The notes beneath the pieces are model-generated. The model was given only the letters and a program-made list of their open reading frames with translations. It had not been told where the DNA came from and searched no databases. Shown here one piece after another: positions 55,808 to 64,000 of a stretch of 64,000 bases of DNA (positions are counted from its first letter, which is position 1; the number at the start of each line of letters is the position of its first letter). The DNA comes from an uncultured Actinomycetes bacterium (GTDB lineage: Bacteria > Actinomycetota > Thermoleophilia > UBA2241), in NCBI GenBank assembly GCA_963767005.1, contig CAVYCN010000003.1:160001-224000 (forward strand). The letters run 5' to 3'. A program made the position numbers and the translations under genes.

Positions 55808-56791
55808 ATGCTGCTCATCGTCGTCATCTTCGTCGCCCTCGGCTTCGACTTCACGAACGGCTTCCACGACTCGGCCAACGCGATCGCTACGTCGATCTCG
55901 ACGCGCGCCCTGTCGCCGCGCGTCGCCCTGGCCATGGCCGCCGCGCTCAACCTCGCGGGCGCCTTCATCAGCCAGAACGTCGCCAAGACGGTGGGCAAGG
56001 GCATCGTGGCGTTGCCGGCCGACTCACAGAGGGTCGTGCTCGCGGCGCTCATTGGCGCCATCGTCTGGAACCTCGTCACCTGGCGCTTCGGCATCCCCTC
56101 GAGCTCATCACACGCGCTGATCGGCGGTCTCGTCGGCGCGACCCTGGTCGCCGTCGGCGTGAGCGGCGTCGAGTGGACCGGCATCTGGCACAAGGTCGTG
56201 CTGCCCATGGTGTCGTCGCCGCTGCTCGGCCTGCTCGCCGCGTTCGTGCTCATGAACCTGCTGCTGCTGCTCGTGTTCCGCTGGTCGCCACGACCGGTGA
56301 ACCGCACCTTCCGTATCCTGCAGCCGGTCTCGGCCGGCGCCGTCGCCCTCGCTCATGGCATGAACGACGCGCAGAAGACGATGGGCGTGATCACCCTCGC
56401 GCTCATCACCTCGGGCCATCTGCCGAAGACGGCCGACATCCCGATCTGGGTGATCCTGCTGTCGGCCCTCTCGATCGCCCTCGGGACCTACAGCGGCGGC
56501 TGGCGCATCATCCGTACCCTCGGCACCAAGGTGATCCACCTCGACCCGATCCACGGCTTCGCCGCCGAGGCGAGCTCGGCGGCCGTGATCTGGACGGCCA
56601 GCACGCTCGGCTACCCGATCTCCACGACGCAGACGATCACCGCCTCGATCATGGGCTCGGGCGCCACCGGCGGCCTCTCCGCCGTCAAATGGGGCGTGGC
56701 CGGCAACATCGTCTGGGCCTGGATCCTGACCATCCCGGCGGCCGGGGCGGTGGCGGCCGGCGCCTACCTGCTCGTCAATCTGGCCCACTAG
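55808..56791 (+). CDS. Inorganic phosphate transporter (PiT family)
   Basis: NGFHDSANAIA, GIPSSSSHAL, HGMNDAQKTMG, PISTT. Confidence 0.95.
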   Translation: MLLIVVIFVALGFDFTNGFHDSANAIATSISTRALSPRVALAMAAALNLAGAFISQNVAKTVGKGIVALPADSQRVVLAALIGAIVWNLVTWRFGIPSSSSHALIGGLVGATLVAVGVSGVEWTGIWHKVVLPMVSSPLLGLLAAFVLMNLLLLLVFRWSPRPVNRTFRILQPVSAGAVALAHGMNDAQKTMGVITLALITSGHLPKTADIPIWVILLSALSIALGTYSGGWRIIRTLGTKVIHLDPIHGFAAEASSAAVIWTASTLGYPISTTQTITASIMGSGATGGLSAVKWGVAGNIVWAWILTIPAAGAVAAGAYLLVNLAH

Positions 56792-57190
56792 CGCGCGCGA
56801 GCGGGGGGTCGCGATCCCGCAGACGCAGCGATCCCGCAGACCTCGCGACCCGTCACCTCCCGCGGGGTTTGGTGTGTCGTTTCGCTCGATCTCCACCCGG
56901 GAAGGCTGCCCGAGGGTACAGGCCGACAGAGGAGCAGACGATCTCGACACACGACCAGGCGAGCGCCGACGGCGACGGGCTTATCGACCGCATCCGCCGG
57001 TGGATCGCCGGCCAGGCAGCGCCCGACGGCCTGCTGGACCACGGCCGCCCGGCGCACCCTGTGAGTGCCGGTCGCTTTGACTTCGAGCGGCGTCGTGCGG
57101 TACCGTTCATTAGTTCAGGTGCCGAACCCGTCCCCCCCGTCGCCCGCCGCCGCGTCGCCAGACGACCCGCCCAGGGCAGTTGAGGTGAGC

Positions 57191-58600
57191 ATGAAGATCC
57201 GCATGATCGAACCCGAACCGCCGGACATGAACGTCTTCAGCATGATCCAGCTCCCGCGGCTCGGCCTGCCGATCATGGGCGCTACGCTCAGGGCAAACGG
57301 CCACGACGTGCGCATCTACAACTCGAACATCGCGCCCATCGACTGGAACGACGTCCTGTCGTCCGACCTCGTCGGCATCTCGACGACGACCTCGACCGTC
57401 ACCGAAGGCTACCGCTTCGCCGACAGCTGCCGCGAGCACGGCATCCCCGTCATCATGGGCGGCTCGCACGTCACCTTCCTGGCCGACGAGGCGCTCGGCC
57501 ACGCCGACTTCGTGGCTCGCGGCGAGGGCGGCGAGCAGCTCATGCTCGAGCTGATCGCGGCGCTCGAGTCGGGCGGCACGTTCGACCACATCAAAGGTCT
57601 GTCGTTCACGCGCGACGGCGAAGCCGTGCACAACGAGGCCCGCGGCCAGTGCACCGTGCTCGACGACCTCCCGTTCCCGGCGCTCGACCTGATCCACGGC
57701 TACGAGAACATGAAGACCACGCCGATGATGACGAGCTGGGGCTGCCCGTTCCACTGCAACTTCTGCTCGGTCACGGCCATGTTCGGCCGCAAATACCGGT
57801 TCCGCAGCACCGACAACATCATCGCCGAGCTCAAGCAGCGCCAGCCGCGCAAGATCTTCTTCTACGACGACAACCTGGCCGCCGACAAGAAGCGCCTCAA
57901 GGAGCTCTGCCAGCGCATGCTCGACGAAGACATCGTCGTGCCCTGGTCGGCCCAGATGCGTACCGATGTCGTGCGCGATCCCGAGCTGCTCGACCTCATG
58001 CACCGCACGGGCTGCTTTCGCGCCTACCTCGGCCTCGAGTCGGTCAGCCAGGAGACCCTCGACGCCTTCGACAAGCACCAGAGCGTCGACGACATTGTGC
58101 AGGCCATCCGCATCCTCCACGAGCACGGCATCGAGTCGCACGGCATGTTCGTGCTGGGCGCCGACACCGACACCAAGCAGTCGGTGCGTGAGACGGTCAA
58201 GTTCGCCATGAAGAACCACATCGACACGATCCAGCTCGCGGCCCTCACGCCGCTGCCCGGTACGCCGCTCTACGACGAGCTCGACGCCGCCGGTCGCATC
58301 TTCGAGAAGCAGTGGTACCTCTACGACGCCCAGCACGTCGTCTTCGAGCCGGCCAACATGACGGCCTACGAGCTGCAGCTCGAGGCGCTGCGCGGCTACA
58401 TGAAGTTCTACTCGAAACGCCAGTGGGCGAAGTACTTCTTCACCTTCCGTTTCACCAAGCTGCTCTTCCAGACCTGGGGCTGGTGGATCGTGCGCACGTG
58501 GCGCAAGAACAAGGCCAACCAGGCTTTCATGCAATACCTGCAGAAGCTCCCGCGGCCGCGGCCGCAGCAGGTGGCGCGGACCTCAGAGTCGCAGCGGTAG
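57191..58600 (+). CDS. B12-binding domain radical SAM protein
   Basis: GAGGTG RBS; PRLGL, GGSHVTF, RGEG, CPFHCNFC (CxxxCxxC), YDDN, GLES, TPLPGT. Confidence 0.93.
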   Translation: MKIRMIEPEPPDMNVFSMIQLPRLGLPIMGATLRANGHDVRIYNSNIAPIDWNDVLSSDLVGISTTTSTVTEGYRFADSCREHGIPVIMGGSHVTFLADEALGHADFVARGEGGEQLMLELIAALESGGTFDHIKGLSFTRDGEAVHNEARGQCTVLDDLPFPALDLIHGYENMKTTPMMTSWGCPFHCNFCSVTAMFGRKYRFRSTDNIIAELKQRQPRKIFFYDDNLAADKKRLKELCQRMLDEDIVVPWSAQMRTDVVRDPELLDLMHRTGCFRAYLGLESVSQETLDAFDKHQSVDDIVQAIRILHEHGIESHGMFVLGADTDTKQSVRETVKFAMKNHIDTIQLAALTPLPGTPLYDELDAAGRIFEKQWYLYDAQHVVFEPANMTAYELQLEALRGYMKFYSKRQWAKYFFTFRFTKLLFQTWGWWIVRTWRKNKANQAFMQYLQKLPRPRPQQVARTSESQR

Positions 58601-58697
58601 GCGCCACCCCCGTCACGCACGCCTGAGCGGCGACGAAGTCGCTCGCCGGCACCAGGCGCTCACCGTGGCCGGGCGACGACGAAGTCGCCCGCCCAGG

Positions 58698-59291
58698 CTA
58701 GGCGGCGGCGAGCACGATCAACTGGTAGACGACGAGCGCCGCGTACACGGCCGCGAGGCCGACGCTGGCGAGCAGGACGAGGCGGCGGCGGCGCTGCGAC
58801 CACAGGAAGAGCGCACCGGCCGTGACCACGCTCATCTTGATGAGCGCCGCCGGCACGAACCCCAGGCGCAGGAAGAACCCCATGATGGCGTTGGCCTCGA
58901 CCGCCCCGAGCGACAGCGCGCGCCGGGTGAGCAGCACGTCCTCGAGGTTGAACAGCCAGAGCAGCACGAGGGCGGCACCGATCACGAGACGCCGGCCCCT
59001 GTCGGCGACCGGCGCGGCCGCGGGCAGCGAGCACGGGCAGGGCGGCGCGACGGCGAGCCCCGCGCCGAGCCGGTAAGGCACGATCGACAGGCGGCCGCAG
59101 TCGCCACAGGTGTGGACCAGGGCGAGCTCGGCGCCGTTGGAGCGCAGGCGCGGCGCCTGCAGGTGACGGCGCTCGTCGCCGGCGTAGGCCGGGTGCTCGG
59201 CGGCCCGCCGGTCCCGCACCAGGCTGACGCCCGGCAGCGCGGCGGGCAGACGGTCGTCGAGACCGGGGTCGATGAGGACGACGGTGCTCAC
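58698..59291 (-). CDS. DUF5658-like membrane protein with a Cys-rich N-terminal region
   Basis: FNLEDVLLT...GAVEANAIM...IK; HTCGDC...CPC. Confidence 0.7.
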   Translation of the reverse strand: MSTVVLIDPGLDDRLPAALPGVSLVRDRRAAEHPAYAGDERRHLQAPRLRSNGAELALVHTCGDCGRLSIVPYRLGAGLAVAPPCPCSLPAAAPVADRGRRLVIGAALVLLWLFNLEDVLLTRRALSLGAVEANAIMGFFLRLGFVPAALIKMSVVTAGALFLWSQRRRRLVLLASVGLAAVYAALVVYQLIVLAAA

Positions 59292-59706
59292 GGGGCGGCA
59301 GACGGCGCTGGGCGCGCCCAGTCATGCCGGCGGTCGCCCGCCGTTCGTGCTACGTCTGCGACACTGTCCACCGCATCACCCCCCCTCGAAGGCGCACTGT
59401 ACGACACAAACCCGGCCCGCGCCAAGCCCTCGCACCCTCAGAGCCGTCCCAGATGCGGCTCAGGGCCGCGAGCCGGGACCGGCCCGACCGAGCCGCCTGG
59501 AGCCCTTCGGGCGGGCCGAGGAGAGGGCCTGCAAGGTCTCCGGGGCCACCGGCCTTCCTTGAAATGCCGGGTGGCCGATGGTACGGTACCCCGGACCCGA
59601 GAGGAGCCAGCGGGGTCGAACGTTTGAGGAGTCGCGTCGGGCGACGACGGCGTGCCCACGTCCGGGCGTACGCGCCGTGATGCCGAGCCCCGCAAGGAGG
59701 CGATGC

Positions 59707-60723
59707 ATGAAGCGCAAGCGCAGGATCTTCTTGGTCGCCCTCACCGCCGCACTGCTCGTTCTCCCCTTCGCCCTCCCCTCCACCTCCGCCGCCGAGACGC
59801 TCGCTCAGAAGCGCGCCCGCGCGCACGAGATCATCGGCCAGCTCGCCACGCTCGACGCCCGCATGGAGCGTGTCGTCGAAAGCTACGACGCCGCGACCGG
59901 CAAGCTCGCCGCCATCCAGGCACGCATCACCCAGAACGAGCACACCCTCGCGGTCACGCACTACGACCTGCAGCTCGCCAAGGCCACGCTGCAGCAGCGC
60001 GTGGTCGCGATCTACAAGCAGCGTCCGGTCGACATGCTCGACGTGATCGTCGCCACCAAGAGCTTCTCGTCGATGGTCGACCAGCTCTCGATGCTGCACC
60101 GCGTGAGCTCCGACGAGTCGACCATGATCGACTCGATCGCCACCTATCGCAAGACGATCAAGGGGGCCCAGGCGGCACTCGCCACAGAGAAGGTCGCCGC
60201 CCAGGCGCTCGTCACCCAGCGGACCGCCGAGAAGGATCGCGTCGAGCACACGCTCGCCGTGCGCCAGTCGATGCTGCGCGGCGTCAAGGCGCAGATCGCC
60301 GCGATCGAAGCTGCCCAGTCGCGCGCCGCCGAAGAGAGCGCCGCGCACTCGGGCGGGCAGGTCCTCACGTCGGTCCCGGTCAACCCCGACCACAGCAGCG
60401 TGGTCGCCTTCGCCGAGAGCTTCGTCGGCAAGTCACCCTATGTCTGGGGCGGCGCCTCGCCGTCGGGTTTCGACTGCTCCGGCTTCACCATGTACTGCTG
60501 GGGCGCCTTCGGCGTCAGCCTGCCGCACAACGCGGCCGCCCAGCAGTCCATGTGCGCCAGCTCGACCGGCGACCCGCAGCCGGGCGACCTCGTGTTCTTC
60601 GGCAGCCCGGCCTACCACGTCGGCCTCTACGTCGGCGGCGGCAGCATGGTGAACGCGCCGCACACCGGCTGCTACGTGAGCTACGGCTCGGTGGCCGGCA
60701 ACTCGGGGTTCGGCCGGCCCTAG
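59707..60723 (+). CDS. NlpC/P60 peptidoglycan endopeptidase with a coiled coil (CwlO/PcsB-like)
   Basis: AAGGAGG RBS; signal peptide; PYVWGG, FDCSG, PGDLVFF, HVGLY. Confidence 0.94.
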   Translation: MKRKRRIFLVALTAALLVLPFALPSTSAAETLAQKRARAHEIIGQLATLDARMERVVESYDAATGKLAAIQARITQNEHTLAVTHYDLQLAKATLQQRVVAIYKQRPVDMLDVIVATKSFSSMVDQLSMLHRVSSDESTMIDSIATYRKTIKGAQAALATEKVAAQALVTQRTAEKDRVEHTLAVRQSMLRGVKAQIAAIEAAQSRAAEESAAHSGGQVLTSVPVNPDHSSVVAFAESFVGKSPYVWGGASPSGFDCSGFTMYCWGAFGVSLPHNAAAQQSMCASSTGDPQPGDLVFFGSPAYHVGLYVGGGSMVNAPHTGCYVSYGSVAGNSGFGRP

Positions 60724-60833
60724 CAGGCCCCAGGCCGGCCGGCGCCCGGCCGCGCGCCCATCATCGCCCGCCCCGACCGGCCGCCACGCGGGCCGCCACA
60801 CACCCCCCGGCTCGTCGTCCGTCACCACAGGTG

Positions 60834-60860
60834 TAAACATCTGCGCGCTCCGGCCGATGA
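60834..60860 (+). promoter_or_regulatory. Sigma28 (FliA/WhiG)-type promoter of pilT
   Basis: TAAA-N15-GCCGATGA, one mismatch to TAAA-N15-GCCGATAA. Confidence 0.75.
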
Positions 60861-60944
60861 AGGAGAGGGACCCACGTCGGCGCCGCGCACCTCGAGCGAC
60901 GGCCGACACGCCCGCGACCTCGTGGCAACGACGGAGATGAGCAC

Positions 60945-62036
60945 GTGAAGACGGTAGACGAGCTGCTGAACGAGATGGTCTCGCGCAACGCGTCCGACCT
61001 TCACATCAAGGCCGGCAGCCCGCCGGTGGTGCGCGTCGACGGCGAGCTCCACCTGCTCGACGAGCCCGTCCTGTCGCCCGAGGACACCAAGGACGCCGCG
61101 GCCTCGATCATGACCGACAAGCAGATCCGCCGGTTCAGCGAGCACAACGAGATCGACTTCGCCTACTCGGCGGTCAACGTCGGCCGGTTCCGCGTGAACA
61201 TCTACCGCCAGCGCGGCAGCATCTCGGTCGCGATGCGCCAGGTGGCCACGCAGATCCCCTCGTTCGAGAGCCTGAAGCTGCCCGACATCATCAAGCGCCT
61301 CGCGCTCGAGCCACGCGGCCTGGTCCTCGTGACCGGCACGACGGGCTCAGGCAAGACCACCACCCTGGCGGCGATGATCGACCACATCAACAACACGCTG
61401 CGCCGCCACATCGTCACGATCGAAGACCCGATCGAGGTGCTCCACAAGGACCGCAAGGCGGTCATCAACCAGCGCGAGATCGGGCTCGACACCGAGTCGT
61501 ACGGCAGCGCCCTCAAGTACGTGCTGCGACAGGACCCCGACGACATCCTGATCGGCGAGATGCGCGACGTCGAGACCGTGTCGGCGGCGCTCACCGCCGC
61601 CCAGACGGGCCACTTCGTGATGAGCACGCTGCACACGATCGACGCGACCGAGACGATCAACCGCATCATCGACTTCTTCCCGCTGCACCAGCAGAAGCAG
61701 GTGCGCATCATGCTCGCCGGCACGCTGCGCGGCATCATCTCGCAGCGCCTCCTGCCACGCGCCGACGGCCAGGGCCGCGTGCCGGCCGTCGAGGTCATGG
61801 TCATGACGAGCCGCATCCGCGACTTCGTGCTCGACCCCGACCAGACGTCGATGATCGGCGCGGCCATCAAGGAAGGCGAGTTCTACGGCATGATGACCTT
61901 CGACCAGGCCCTGCTGAAGCTCTACGAGCAAGGCCACATCACGCTGCACGACGCCGCCCAGGTGGCCAACAACCCGCACGACTTCAAGCTGCTCGTGCAG
62001 TCGCAGGGCCACGACGTCAGCCTGATGACCTTCTAG
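60945..62036 (+). CDS. pilT: Type IV pilus retraction ATPase (PilT/PilU)
   Basis: ASDLHI, GTTGSGKTT, TIEDPIE, LRQDPD, GEMRD, TLHT. Confidence 0.92.
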   Translation: MKTVDELLNEMVSRNASDLHIKAGSPPVVRVDGELHLLDEPVLSPEDTKDAAASIMTDKQIRRFSEHNEIDFAYSAVNVGRFRVNIYRQRGSISVAMRQVATQIPSFESLKLPDIIKRLALEPRGLVLVTGTTGSGKTTTLAAMIDHINNTLRRHIVTIEDPIEVLHKDRKAVINQREIGLDTESYGSALKYVLRQDPDDILIGEMRDVETVSAALTAAQTGHFVMSTLHTIDATETINRIIDFFPLHQQKQVRIMLAGTLRGIISQRLLPRADGQGRVPAVEVMVMTSRIRDFVLDPDQTSMIGAAIKEGEFYGMMTFDQALLKLYEQGHITLHDAAQVANNPHDFKLLVQSQGHDVSLMTF

Positions 62037-62149
62037 GCAGCCGTGGCCTCACGGCCGCCGGCGGCACCGCCCGCCCGACCCGAACGGCGTCGTTGCGGTG
62101 GCGCGAGGGAGACTCGACCGCCCTTGCCGGCGCGACCGAAGGGCCGGGC

Positions 62150-62833
62150 CTAGAGCAGGACCTTGCGGCTCTCGAGATGCAGGTCGACCTTGCGCTTGAT
62201 GCGCTGCAGCGCGTTGTCGACGGTCTTGCAATCGCAGTCGAGCTGGCGGGCGATCTTCTCGTACGACAACCCCTGCAGGTAGAGCCGCAGCACGCGGCTC
62301 TCGAGGGTCGAGAGCAGGCGCGTGAGGCAGTGCATCAGGCTCTCGACCTCCTCGGCCGAGATCACCTGGTTCACGGGGTCGTTCACCGACGAGCCGGGCA
62401 GGACGTCGGCCAGGCTGCACTCGCCGTCGTCGCCGGCGTCGCTGGGCGTGTGGCTGAACGACAGGTAGCCGTTCAAGGGCACGTGCTTCTGACGCGTGGC
62501 AGTCTTGATCGCGGTGATGATCTGCCGCGTGATGCACAGCTCGGCGAAGCTGCGGAACGACGCCTGGCGGTCATCGCGGTAGTCGCGCACCGCCTTGTAG
62601 AGCCCGACCATGCCTTCCTGGATCAGGTCCTCGGAGTCGCCGCCGGCCAGAAAGTACGAGCTCGCCTTGAGGCGCACGAACTGGTGGTAGCGCAGGATGA
62701 GCGCGTTGAGGGCCTTCTGGTCGCCGCGACGGTACGAGTTGACGAGGGCGAGATCGGAACTCTCGGAGTGGACCTGAGGGTTAGAGAGACGACCTGCCGT
62801 CCGGCTGCTGTCGGCCTGTCGCCGCTGCGTCAT
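62150..62833 (-). CDS. sigH: Bacillus-type alternative sigma factor SigH
   Basis: YFLAGGDSEDLIQEG, SFRSFAELCITRQIITAIKTATRQKH, DNALQRIKRK. Confidence 0.93.
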   Translation of the reverse strand: MTQRRQADSSRTAGRLSNPQVHSESSDLALVNSYRRGDQKALNALILRYHQFVRLKASSYFLAGGDSEDLIQEGMVGLYKAVRDYRDDRQASFRSFAELCITRQIITAIKTATRQKHVPLNGYLSFSHTPSDAGDDGECSLADVLPGSSVNDPVNQVISAEEVESLMHCLTRLLSTLESRVLRLYLQGLSYEKIARQLDCDCKTVDNALQRIKRKVDLHLESRKVLL

Positions 62834-62862
62834 GCCGTATGACCCCCCGAGCTTCAGCCTGA

Positions 62863-63384
62863 CTACTCTTGACTGCCGCCCTCGCGCCTCAGGCGTTCCA
62901 GCTTTCGCCAAGTCTCAAGGTCAAGTTTATCCTCAAGTCTCTGCGGTATTCTACTGGTCTTTTCGTGGTTTGCAAGGTCTTTCTGGCCTCCGGACAGGGC
63001 CGCGCCGAGCTCACGGGGGGTCATGCGCCGCACTCCGGCACGGGCGGCCGTACGCTGCACTTCGTAGTCGGCCGACACCACGACGATGGCCGCGTCGGCC
63101 GGCTCGCCGGCGATGCGCCGCGCGATCACCTCGTCGGCGGTCTGCGAGCCGCCGGCGAAGCAGACCTCGACGCCCGTGCCGGCCAGCGGCTCGCAGGTCG
63201 CGCGCGGCTGCGAGTGGGCGTCGAAGACGAGGGTCACCCGGGCGCCCTGCAGCGCGGCGAAGCCGGCGAGCTGGTCGGCCAGCCAGCGGCGCAGGTCGTC
63301 GAGCTGTTCGCGGCGCAGGTCGGGGTACAGCGCGTGCAGCACGTTGTAGCCGTCGACGATATATGAGTCGTGAGAGCCGGCCAT
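62863..63384 (-). CDS. NYN-domain ribonuclease (YacP/Rae1)
   Basis: YIVDGYN, LVFDA, TADEVI, VVSAD; lies between rlmB and sigH. Confidence 0.9.
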   Translation of the reverse strand: MAGSHDSYIVDGYNVLHALYPDLRREQLDDLRRWLADQLAGFAALQGARVTLVFDAHSQPRATCEPLAGTGVEVCFAGGSQTADEVIARRIAGEPADAAIVVVSADYEVQRTAARAGVRRMTPRELGAALSGGQKDLANHEKTSRIPQRLEDKLDLETWRKLERLRREGGSQE

Positions 63385-63388
63385 GACG

Positions 63389-64000
63389 CTAGCCTGCCCC
63401 GCCGCCGCGAGGCTCACGCCGGGGACCGCCGGCGGCCGCGGCCGCGCGCTGGCGGCGCGCCTCGTACAGGAACAGCGCCGCCGCGACGCTCACGTTGAGG
63501 CTGCCGACCGGGCCCGCCATTGGGATGGCGGCAAGGTCGTCGCAGGCGCGCCGCACGAGCGGTCGCAGACCGCGCCCCTCGGCCCCGAAGACCAGGGTCA
63601 CGCGACCGGTGAGGTCGAGCTCGTCGAAACCGCGGCCGGCCTCACCGGCCGCGCCGTACACCCAGTGACCGGCCTGCTTGCAGTCGGCCAGGAACGCGAC
63701 GAGGTTGCCGATGTGGGCGATGGCGAGGTGCTCGGTGGCGCCGGCCGCGGCCTTGACGGCGGCCGGCGTGACCGCGGCCGCGCGGTGACGCGGCAGAGCG
63801 AGCGCGCCGGCGCCGGCCGCCAGCGCGCTGCGCGCCACGGCGCCGAGGTTGCGCGGGTCGCTCACCTCGTCGAGCACGACCAGCAGGTCGGCGGCGAGCG
63901 CGTCGGCCGGCGCGGCGTAGGGGTAGTCACCGACCTGGCAGGCGAGGCCCTGGTGCTCGCGGCTGCCGGTCAGGCGCTGCAGGTCGACGGGCGCGAGGCG
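63389..64000 (-). CDS. rlmB: 23S rRNA G2251 2'-O-methyltransferase; 5' truncated by the window edge
   Basis: EHQG, LDEVSDPRNLGA, GAEGRG, IPM, SLNVSVA. Confidence 0.94.
   Translation of the reverse strand, partial: RLAPVDLQRLTGSREHQGLACQVGDYPYAAPADALAADLLVVLDEVSDPRNLGAVARSALAAGAGALALPRHRAAAVTPAAVKAAAGATEHLAIAHIGNLVAFLADCKQAGHWVYGAAGEAGRGFDELDLTGRVTLVFGAEGRGLRPLVRRACDDLAAIPMAGPVGSLNVSVAAALFLYEARRQRAAAAAGGPRREPRGGGAG

Noticed and set aside
58627-58698. Imperfect repeat GACGAAGTCGC twice between convergent genes, considered as a mini-CRISPR
   Set aside because: Only two short degenerate copies, no regular spacers and no cas genes; more likely terminator-region sequence.

Overview
Very GC-rich chromosomal window. 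Gene content and order (rlmB-yacP-sigH, glyQS-ppdK-dnaG-rpoD, thyX, two corrinoid proteins, MttB) suggest a deep-branching, probably anaerobic actinobacterium of the Thermoleophilia/Rubrobacteria type; this is inference. Most of it is core housekeeping on the minus strand (rpoD, dnaG, ppdK, glyQS, recO, prmC, prfA, thyX, rpmE, rho, thrC, hom, lysA, cobO, sigH, rlmB, tRNA-Asn). Accessory content: (i) scattered parts of a corrinoid methyltransferase system; (ii) a copper-binding cassette at the 3' end of tRNA-Asn; (iii) a ~12.5 kb block separating DUF1385 from prfA, carrying a frameshifted ftsH paralog and an RpiR-linked gamma-glutamylation/amidohydrolase cluster with a 429-aa protein of unknown function; (iv) an apparent operon of glycogen-debranching enzyme, metallophosphoesterase, cyclic 2,3-diphosphoglycerate synthase and 2-phosphoglycerate kinase. 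Non-coding signals include two related perfect palindromes, a sigma28/WhiG-type promoter before pilT and a structured leader before an NlpC/P60 gene. I saw no CRISPR, rRNA, integrase or transposase. All calls come from reading motifs by eye; no searches were run.
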